Assembly (NCBI GenBank): GCA_965153355.1
Contig: OZ231126.1
Coordinates: 10,540,001 to 10,604,000, forward strand
DNA from: Flaccisagitta enflata
Lineage: Eukaryota
Direction of reading: 5' to 3'
Length of the DNA stretch: 64,000 nucleotides
In this document: one piece after another, positions 29,969 through 39,510 of the stretch
Numbering within the stretch: position 1 is the stretch's first letter
Layout: the number at the start of each line of letters is the position of its first letter
Program-made: the position numbers and the translations under genes
The notes under the pieces: model-generated
What the model was told of the DNA's origin: nothing
The model's database searches: none
The model's input: the letters and a program-made list of their open reading frames with translations, nothing else

Positions 29969-30569
29969 TATTGTGAGTGTCTCTTTTGATTTTTGTCTCT
30001 TAGTAGTGTTGGTAAATGCTCCCAAGTTTATATTTTTCTAATTTTGTGATTCTTTCAGAAAGAAACGGAAATTGAATAATTTCAATATCTGGAATAAAAG
30101 AATCATGGGAAAATAGAATTTTAAGCGAAACTTGAATCAATCAACATAGCTGCAACAAAATCTCATAAGTATACGAGAGACAATTTTAGACACAATTGAT
30201 CACAAATTGAGGTCAGTGTTTTTGTTGAATACTTTTTTGTCCAAAATACATGATTACTTTCTTTTTAATGCCAATCTTAAAGACTCTAGAAATTCTAGTT
30301 AGGTCAATCATGATTTCCAATTATGATTTCTATTCATTCTTTTATCTTTAATAATTAATCATTCTCATAAGTAATCATGTATTTTGAGTGTTTCTAACCC
30401 TGAGCTGTTTTCTGCATTTCTGTTTACCATAACATGATGGAAAATATTTATCAAGTGATGGATGAGAGTCACATTTTATACTTAGAACACAACTTCAGCC
30501 GGTTTATTTTATCATGTTATACCATGGGTGTGTACCCTTCAAATATTTTATCATCATGCTTTGTTTGTG

Positions 30570-30752
30570 GTAATTATCACAGTTTTGATGCTAATTATCA
30601 CGGTTTTGTTCAGGATTATCACAGTTCTAATTCAGGATTATCACAGCTCTATAACAGGCTTCTTTCAGCTCTATGGCAGGGTTATCACAGCTCTATCACA
30701 GGGTTGTAACTTTTGTAAGGTCTTATCACAGGTTACTCAAAGGTTACCATAG
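30570..30752. repeat. Degenerate ~21-22-bp tandem repeat with TTATCACAG core
   Basis: About 8 units of the form (GGA/TAA)TTATCACAG(T/C)T... Confidence 0.65.
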
Positions 30753-31108
30753 CGCGTGTGTATCGACTGTAATGCTGTTGAGTACCATTACCAAAATTTC
30801 ATGTACTCCTCCTTTTATCTTTTTGTTTGCTAAAAGTTAACTAATTTAACTACGCATGACACAAACAAGGGCCATCAGCTATGCTGAAATTTTTGACCAT
30901 GAATCAATAGTGATTTTGAGCATTTAACAGTTCAATGAGGATAAACGGTTTGATTCGCTATTTTGAGGTTTGCTATTGCGAGTATTGCTACTGTGAGATT
31001 CTTTTTAGTTAAGCGCGTTTCAATGATTGTTCTTTAGTGATTTTCTATTTTTACTAACGCTTCGGGCGTCGTAGGGTGATTTCAACCCATTGATGAATGT
31101 TTTTGTCT

Positions 31109-32716
31109 CTAACCCAACACAGGGTCGAAGGAAAGCGCGTCCCCGAAGATATTGTCGTACATCAGCCGCACACGTGACTGCGCCTGATGATGTTCTTCGT
31201 CTTCGTCCTCGTCGTCGGATTTCCTCGCCCAATCTTTCGGAAGGTATTTTTCCTTTGAGATTTTGGCGACTCTTTCCGCGCGTTTGACGTAATCCTCGTG
31301 GTTTTGCTTTGATTCGTCGACAATTTGTTGCTTTATCATTTCCAGGGTTGGTTCGTGGATCCATGCGTCCTCCCATTCTTTGTCGAGTTCCAGGTTGATG
31401 TTGAAACGGCGGCGGTGGACGCCTTCAATGCCCATTTTCATTGCCGCCTGCATGAACGTCTCATCCTTGGATCTCATCCGGGTTTGGGCGATGGCCTCCT
31501 TTCCTAATTCTTCGAGGATTTCGGTGTAAACATCGTTTTGGATTTCGGCCCTTTCCATGTCCAATTTAGGTATTCCTAATTCATCGAGCGGGTTTAGTTT
31601 CCATGATTTCTTGAAGTTTTTGTTTTTATGCCGTTTGATGAGTCTGTCCATATCCTCATTTTTGATTTTCAACTTCTTCAATTCCGCTTCTTTCGCTCTC
31701 AACTTTTCCTCCAGGATGCGGATTTGGACTTCTTTGTCGCTTGCTGCCGGTGGAATCGCCTTTGAATACTTTGGAACCGCGCCGGTGGGATTTCCGCTGG
31801 CGCCCGATGGTCCAGCGCCGCTCATGACACCGGCGGCGGGCATAGGTGCGTCCAGCGCCGGTAATGAGGGTCCTTTTTGGATGATGGCTGGATCCGGGAG
31901 ACTTTGCTGCGCGGCCTCGTCGGGCGCCGTCGCCGTCGCCGTCGCCGGATTGTAGAATATTTCCTCCAAGCTTGGCAGTTCGTCATCGCTGGTGTCGACG
32001 GCGCCCAATTCGGCTTGGGGTTTGGCCTCGGCGTTGTTTGTGCAGATGGATGGTTCGGCAGCGGCAATGACCACCTTCTCGACGATTGTGTTGTCGTCAT
32101 CGTCGTCGTCGTCGTCATCCCCGCAATTCACGACTGGCGTGTCGTCGTCGTCGGAAGGTAAGAGTTGATCAAAAATGATTTGACCCGCGTTGCTTTGATC
32201 ATATTTGATGCTTTGGAAAAATGAGCGTGCATCCTCGATGTTGGGGATGTATGCGGCCTTTATGAAAGTCTGGTTGACGTCGTTACATGACACCACCTTT
32301 ATGATTGAACCATGTATGTCGTTGTTGATGAGTTTGTTTTCCAATTCTTTGATCTCGGCCTCATCGACTATCAAACTTGATTCACAGGTGTCTTCACGGA
32401 TATTTTCCTCCCATGAATCTGGTGTCTGTTGACGCTCTTCCTCCTCCGTGGACGAATCAGCCTCCTCCAAGTCGGGATTGACGTCGATGGAACAAATTCG
32501 CATCGCCCCTTGCAATTCCTCTTCATCTGAGTCGCTAGGTGAGTTTGATGGTGCTGCGCGTCCATCTTCGTCGTGTTCCATTTGTTGTCTGGTCACGAAT
32601 CTGAAGATTTGCTCTAAGGCATAACGGATTCTTTGTTGATGGAGGAATTCGTCTGATGTGCATTCGTTCCTCTTCTTAGGAACCATGGTGAAGTTGTTGT
32701 AGACTGAAGACAACAT
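31109..32716 (-). CDS. Hypothetical 535-aa acidic protein with C-terminal coiled coil; probable accessory ORF of the retroelement
   Basis: Long intronless non-repetitive ORF. A second ATG in accATGG context lies at 32686. No domain recognised. Confidence 0.7.
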   Translation of the reverse strand: MLSSVYNNFTMVPKKRNECTSDEFLHQQRIRYALEQIFRFVTRQQMEHDEDGRAAPSNSPSDSDEEELQGAMRICSIDVNPDLEEADSSTEEEERQQTPDSWEENIREDTCESSLIVDEAEIKELENKLINNDIHGSIIKVVSCNDVNQTFIKAAYIPNIEDARSFFQSIKYDQSNAGQIIFDQLLPSDDDDTPVVNCGDDDDDDDDDNTIVEKVVIAAAEPSICTNNAEAKPQAELGAVDTSDDELPSLEEIFYNPATATATAPDEAAQQSLPDPAIIQKGPSLPALDAPMPAAGVMSGAGPSGASGNPTGAVPKYSKAIPPAASDKEVQIRILEEKLRAKEAELKKLKIKNEDMDRLIKRHKNKNFKKSWKLNPLDELGIPKLDMERAEIQNDVYTEILEELGKEAIAQTRMRSKDETFMQAAMKMGIEGVHRRRFNINLELDKEWEDAWIHEPTLEMIKQQIVDESKQNHEDYVKRAERVAKISKEKYLPKDWARKSDDEDEDEEHHQAQSRVRLMYDNIFGDALSFDPVLG

Positions 32717-33001
32717 TTCGCAACTGAAGGGTTCGCAAGCGAAGACTAAAAAGTAGAATCCTCACGCGTGTACACTATTCAACTGACTGACGCAGAGTTA
32801 CGTTATCCTCATGTGTTTACACTATCTAACTGATTGTAAGACAGACAGACAGACAGACACAGATTGACGGACAGACAGACAGACTGACAAAGCTTCTCAA
32901 GGTCGCAAGTATGTAACAAAAAGCCTTCAACACTATTTGATGATTAAAGCCTTATATCCAGTTTCCGTTACGAAAAAAAAGAACAAATGAATTGTAATAA
33001 G

Positions 33002-33208
33002 TTTTCAGTCGCGTGCTACGCGACTCTACATCCCGCTTTGTCCATTGGTTGGCAGATCGGTCGGTCAGTTGGTCGATCACATTTTGATTTTTTTAATGAT
33101 TTTTATTCTTTGACCCTACTGCTCCAGCCCAAATAGACTGGTGACCTCAAATATGGCCCTGGCCCAGCTGCACGCGATTGGGGTAGCCGTGTATATGGCC
33201 TTGTTTTT
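33002..33208 (+). mobile_element. HINE-like element family A (short copy)
   Basis: AGTCGCGTGCTACGCGACTCTACA 5' palindrome, (GGTC)n tract, 3' CACGCGA...GGCCTTGTT. Confidence 0.75.
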
Positions 33209-33376
33209 CTAAGTTTCATCAAAATTTGAACAGTATTTCAAGATTTCATCAGTATTTCATTGGATGTGAATGAATTAAACGTCCAAAACATTAGTTGAAA
33301 TACAAACACAGAATACAAAACACAAAACAATTAAAGCAGCGACCACACTTTTTGACCTAATGCTTGTTTAAGTCCT

Positions 33377-34170
33377 TTTGGGCAGCGGCCCCGAAGGAAC
33401 CATGTCCTCTAGAACACTGGGGTGACTTTCCTTATGTCCATCCGTATGTCCAATCGTCCATCCGTCCTACTAATCGCTCTCCAAGGCCCCTCCGGCCCCA
33501 AATCTGGCTCTTAAAGGCCTGTAATCAGTTCTTAGATGCCCAAATCAACTCTCTCAGGTCCAAAATCGGCTCCCGCAGATCCAAAATCTACCTAGTTAGA
33601 CCAAAAATCAGTTACCATAGGCCCAAAATCAGCCCTCTTGTACGCCCCGGGGCTCTCACATTGGGCTTCTGCCTTTTTGGGCAGAGGCCCCAAAAGGCTG
33701 ATGTCCTTTAGGACACAGGGGGGAATTTCCAGACGTTCGTCCGTCCTTCCGTCCCCCTCCTTTTGACCATCGAGGCCTCAAATCTTCTCAGGCCTGATTT
33801 AGGCCCTCTCAGCCTTAAAATCAGCTATCCAGGCCTTAAATCAGCTCTCCAGTCTTCAAATCAGCTCTCCAGGCCTCAAATCAGCTCTTAAGGCCTCAAA
33901 TCAGCTCTCCAGGCCTCAAATCTGCCCCTCAGGATTGCCACCAGACCTCGAATCTAATCTTCAGGCCTAAAATATTTCCCCCAGATCTCAAATCCCGCTT
34001 CAATTACCTCTTGGGCCTGATATATTACCCCTCAGGACGTCTGGAAAATCCCCCCTGTGTCCTACAAGACATTGGCTCTTTGAGGCCGCTGCCCTGCTCT
34101 CACTCCACTATTTCATTTGACCACTCCAAGCAGGGCATCGGGTACCGCTGACCATGTACGATCCTTGGAT
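33377..34170 (+). mobile_element. Interspersed repeat family B (two adjacent or nested starts) with subterminal inverted repeats and ~20-bp internal tandem repeat
   Basis: TTTTGGGCAGCGGCCCC starts at ~33377 and ~33675. Inverted arm CCCCTGTGTCCTACA...GGCCGCTGCCC at ~34050-34094. Internal units TCAGCTCTCCAGGCCTCAAA. Confidence 0.75.
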
Positions 34171-35149
34171 TTCTAGTTCTCCTTTTGTTCCTTAACGCAG
34201 TCTGTCCCGCCAGGACTCATAGTTCGAGGATTTCTATATTCACGAATATCAACTGTCTCACAAGGGAGTGAGCGAATTGAGTGAGGCCATGAACGGAGCG
34301 AGCGAGCAAAGCGGAGTGCTGTAGAGCAAGTGAGCGGAGTGAGCGGTGCGAGCAAACAAGCGTAGCGAGCGACAGAGTGGCCCATTAAAAACATGATTGT
34401 CACATATAGAAACACACCCTCAGACTGTCATTCTCTCTGTCTGTCCGTCTCAAAGTCGCGCTTATTCTTTAGTGCAAGTACGCAAATGTGTAATTTCAAC
34501 CACCAGTTGTTGTATATAAGATTTTATTTACCTACAGTAAGTTGGATCAAAGCTAATGGTGTGATATAAATACCTATACCCTTTAAATTGTGTAAAAGGT
34601 GTTCTCATTTTTACTCGTTGGTTAATTACACCATAATTATTCGAATTTTATCATGTTTTATCAATGATTGTGAGAATTTTGAAGAAAGTTAAATGTGCCA
34701 AAGCTATCAATCTTGCAATATGGAGGGTTATCAGATAGGTTACATCGGGTCAAAGATCAACACTCACCTCTTTTCACGTGGTATTGGGATAATGATGGAA
34801 ATTAGGTGAAAAAAAGTGAAAAAATGCTAATTAATGCTCGATACCGGGCCCAAAAATTGGTCCAAAGGGTCTGGATGCAAGAAAAAATTGAATCTGCAGT
34901 CACTGAAAACAAGTCTGAATTGTTTTCAAACCAATTGTTACCGCACACATCTGTTTTATGGCCTAAAAAAGAGCAAATAAGCCGAAAAATGCGAAAAATG
35001 CTCGATGCGGGGCCTGAGGTGGAATGCGCCGCCATAAGATGGCGTTTTTCGCAATTTTTGACCTCACCAGCGTGTTCCCCACCTTCATATTGGTCTAATC
35101 CACCTTTTTTGGTACCAATTTTCCAAAAAAGGTGGGTTCGAGAAATAAA

Positions 35150-35272
<123 letters not shown>

Positions 35273-35910
35273 ATAGAAATGGCTGTGTCCATTGGGTAAA
35301 GCCAGACATTTTAAATCATCAAATCTCGAATGAAACCATTTTATTTTTTTTCTTATTTATTAATTTATTTTTTTAAACAATCATATGTGAATTCAAAATG
35401 GATGTTCATCACTATTGCTGAATTTTTTCTGACATTAAGCAGCTGAGTAGTTTCTCAAGGAGTCTTTTTATCTCCAGGAGAAAGAAAAATTTAGTATTGC
35501 TGGAGAATGTAAGGATGATAAAAATTGATTCAAGGATACCAAGCAAAATTGCTGCGGGCCCGTCGGGCCCGCAGCTAGTCTAATTTGAGGGCCCGACTGC
35601 CAATTTGCGGGTCTCGGGCCCGCGGGCCCGCTCTATTTTCAGGGCTGAAAATTCCCCATATGTGTGAAAGCATAGGTCATCGACCCCTTCAGGGCCGCTG
35701 CCCAAAAAGCAGGGTGTAGAGTCGCGTAGAACGCGACATAATAAGATTGAGACTTGATATGGCCAAATTTGGTGGACAAATGGAAAATGCGCGTAAGGTT
35801 ACTAAGATATATTGAGAAGATAAAGTGATACTTCCGGAAATGAAAAACAAAAAAATCAGCAATCAACTTGAAGTAAGGTTGATTGGCGTGGATGAAGGGC
35901 AAATCTACAA

Positions 35911-36180
<270 letters not shown>

Positions 36181-36375
36181 CTGAAACACCGGTCCCGCTT
36201 TGATATTTTTTCTACTAAAAGGAGAGAACACTGCGATTGGTTGGTTCTATATCAAGCTCGAGCCCTCATTGGCTGGAGAGTTAGGAGACCAAGAAGCAAT
36301 ATCAAAGACCTGCAAAGACGTGTGTCTTTTGTTCAGGATAACAACAAGTAAAGCTAATTTGCATAGTAATCACAA

Positions 36376-37632
36376 TTTTTAGTCGCGTGCACGCGACTCT
36401 ACAACCCGCTCCGTCGGTCCGTCCGTGGGTTGGTCGGTCGGTTGGTCTGTAACACTTTGCTTTTTTGCGTCATTTTTTGTCATTTTGAGTCGTCTGGAGT
36501 TATTTTGAATCATTTTTTTTTGTGTTTTTGAGAATTATTGTTTGTTTTTGGTCATTTTTTATCAATTTTTATCATTTTTGGTCATTTTAGTCATTTTGGT
36601 CATTTTTGTCAATTTTGTCATTTTTGATCATTTTTTGTCATTTTTGGTCATTTTTGGGTCATTTTCGGTCATTTTTGGTCATTTTCGGTCATTTCGTTCA
36701 TTTCGATCATTTTGGTCATTTTGGTCATTTCGGTCATTTTTGGTCATTTTGGTCATTTTGGTCATTTTAGGTCATTTTTGGTCATCTGCTGATTTTAGTC
36801 TGCTGGTTTAATTCTGCTGGTTTAAGTCGGCTGGTTTAAGTCTGCTGGTTTAAGTCTGCTGGTTTAAGTCTGCTGGTTTAAGTCTGCTGGTTCAAGTCTG
36901 CTGGTTCAAGTCTGCTGGTTTAAGTCTGCTGGTTTAGGTCTGCTGGTTTAAGTCTGCTGGTTTAAGTCTGCTGGTTTAGGTCAGCTGGTTTAAGTCTGCT
37001 GGTTTAAGTCTGCTGGTTTAAGTCTGCTGGTTTAGGTCAGCTGGTTTAAGTCTGCTGGTTTAAGTCTGCTGGTTTAATTCTGCTGGTTTAAGTCTGGTTT
37101 AAGTCTGGTTTAAGTCTGGTTTAAGTCTGGTTTAAGTCTGGTTTAAGTCTGGTTTAAGTATGGTTTAAGTATGGTTTGAGTCTGGTTTGAGTCTGGTTTG
37201 AGTCTGGTTTGAGTCTGGCTTGAGTCTGGCTTGAGTCTGGCTTGAGTCTGGTTTAAGTCTGGTTTAAGTCTGGTTTAAGTCTGGTTTAAGTCTGGTTTAA
37301 GTCTGGTTTAAGTCTGGTTTAAGTCTGGTTTAATTCTGGTATAAGTCTGGTTTAAGTCTGGTTCATGTCTGGTTTAGGTCTGGGTTTGGTCTGGTTTATG
37401 TCTGGTTTAGGTCTGGTTTAGGTCTGGTTTTGGTCTGGTTTTGGTCTGGTTTTGGTCTGGTTTAGGTCTGGTTTAATTCTGGTTTGAGTCTGGTTTGAGT
37501 CTGGTTTGAGTCTGGTTTGGGTCTGGTTTGGGTTTGGTTTAAGTCTGATTTTTGATAAAAAGATACAATAAGGAGTCAGGTCAGTTCAGTTATTTTTGTC
37601 CTGCACGCGACTTATAGGTGTTGGCCTTGTTT
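36376..37632 (+). mobile_element. HINE-like family A copy with expanded internal tandem arrays (9-10, 14 and 11 nt units)
   Basis: 5' perfect palindrome AGTCGCGTGCACGCGACT and 3' GCACGCGACTTATAGGTGTTGGCCTTGTT. T-rich flanks. Confidence 0.82.
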
Positions 37633-37796
37633 TTGGAGGAGACCGAGGAATGGTTTAATGATAAAATTGAGTCACGTGCTACGTGTCTCTATACCGCTTT
37701 TTGGTCTGTTGGTTGGTCAGTCCATTACAAGTTGTTTTAACGGGGTTTCCAGCTATTCTAAGGTCATTTTACCTTGAAGCAATGTGGTGACCTTTT

Positions 37797-37847
<51 letters not shown>

Positions 37848-37852
37848 GTGAA

Positions 37853-37913
<61 letters not shown>

Positions 37914-37922
37914 GTGATGACG
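37797..37922. repeat. (GAT)n microsatellite
   Basis: Direct read. Confidence 0.95.
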
Positions 37923-38462
37923 ATAGAGATGATTATTTGATTAACATTTTTAACCCAAAACTATTCAAATGCAAAACTGAACAAAAGGCGGAGCGGAATT
38001 AATGATATATGATACCACGCTAATCAAGAAAAAAGACGCACTTTTGAATGGTTAATTGGGCTAATAAATGATTAAATAACTAAACAAAATCTTAGACCAT
38101 TTTGAAGCCCTTTAAAAGTACTTTTGTTTGGTGCCAATCTGGTGTTGCTATCTTTTTTTGTTGAGAAATGGCATCAATTTAAGTAAAAACATTGCCTATT
38201 TTAGTTTCGCAATCCCTATGTAAAAAAAGGCATTTTAGCAAAATAGTGCTTCTCTTTGCAGAGCTCTAGCTCCTAAACCGTTTGAGATACAGACCTGAGA
38301 TTGGTCTAGAATGAAAGACTTTTTAAAAATCTTTTATTATGATTCAACAAAGAATAGTTTTGATTGTTTTTTGTATCTGTTTTATCATCAAATGAAGAGT
38401 TGCATCTTTTTTTTTTATTCGCGTGGTAAACTGATGCTGATAGATTGAAACAGTTGACGACA

Positions 38463-38485
38463 ATGATGATGATGATGATGATGAT

Positions 38486-38543
<58 letters not shown>
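38463..38543. repeat. (GAT)n/(GACGAT)n microsatellite
   Basis: Direct read. Confidence 0.95.
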
Positions 38544-38544
<1 letters not shown>

Positions 38545-38800
38545 AAACAATATCTAAAACCGGGATTAACAATTAACATTAAGTCGATGACAGATCGTTT
38601 TTTTTATATTCTTTGTTCGATTTTGAGTCGCACTATGTTGTTATGTGGGTCGGTCAGTCTGTTGGTAAGTCGGCAACACTTTGCAGTTTTGGCGTTTACG
38701 GGCGGATATGGGCGGTTACGGACGGTTATGAGTAGTTTTTGCACTTCTGTGTCCTACAGGATATCGGCCCTTTGGAGCGCCTGCTCTGCTCCCACTCTAC

Positions 38801-39400
38801 TTTTTGGGCAGCGGCCCCGAAGGGGACGAAGTCCTGTAGAACACAGGGGGACTTTCGTTTGTCCGTTCGTCCGTTCGTCCGTTAGTCCCCCCCCCTTCAT
38901 CAGACCCCTTGGGCCTCAAATCCTGCCTCTCAGGCCTCAAATCCAGCCTCTCAGGCCTCCAATCCAGCCTCACAGGCCTCAAATCTGACCTCTCAGGCCT
39001 CAAATTAGGCTTCTGAGGCCTCAAAAATCCAAATTCTCAGGCCTAAAATTAAGCCTCTCAGGCCTCAAATCAGCTATCTAAGCATCAATTTATTGCTCTC
39101 AGTCCTTTGACCTTTCAAGCCTTAATCCAGCTCTCTCAAGCCTCGAGTCAGCCCTCTTAAGCTTCCGATTGGCATCCTCAGGCCTTACATTAGCCTTACA
39201 TCAGCCTTCTTAGACCTCAGTTTAGGCTCTTGAAGGCCTTCATGCCTTCTATAGCATCTCATCCACCTCCTCAGGCAGGATGAACGAAAGTTCCCCTGTG
39301 TCCTACAGGACTTTGTCCCCTTCGGGGCCGCTGCCCTGCTTCCCCTCACTCCAATTCGCAATCACTAAAAGCTGACAACATATTACCCTTGGGCGACCGG
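38801..39400 (+). mobile_element. Interspersed repeat family B, full copy
   Basis: GGGCAGCGGCCCCGAAGGGGACGAAGTCCTGTAGAACACAGGGG is inverted by CCCCTGTGTCCTACAGGACTTTGTCCCCTTCGGGGCCGCTGCCC at ~39293-39336. Internal 21-bp TCTCAGGCCTCAAATC units. Confidence 0.8.
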
Positions 39401-39510
39401 TTCTCCAATCTGTTTTCCCCCATCTCCTTATCACCGGCATTGACATTGTCATCGGAATCGTCATCGAAAATTCTGATTGCGTCAATTTTGGGAGCGCGTT
39501 ATCATAATCG

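Larger units (their letters stand above)
19092..32835 (-). mobile_element. Large Ty3/gypsy-like retroelement (extra ORF + giant gag + PR-RT-RH-IN), 3' truncated, no LTR seen
   Basis: Domain order gag, protease, RT, RNase H, integrase on one strand. The 5' boundary and inclusion of ORF 31109-32716 are inferred from shared strand, proximity and CpG-rich composition. Confidence 0.8.

Noticed and set aside
30010-30030. TTGGGAGC (minus strand) as a primer-binding site
   Set aside because: No convincing tRNA 3' complement or adjacent LTR end could be identified by eye.
25665-30041. Plus-strand ORFs overlapping the giant ORF
   Set aside because: Antisense shadows of a biased-composition coding frame.
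37940-38580. Possible TTAA-flanked element between the two (GAT)n tracts
   Set aside because: The terminal inverted match is too weak to support.
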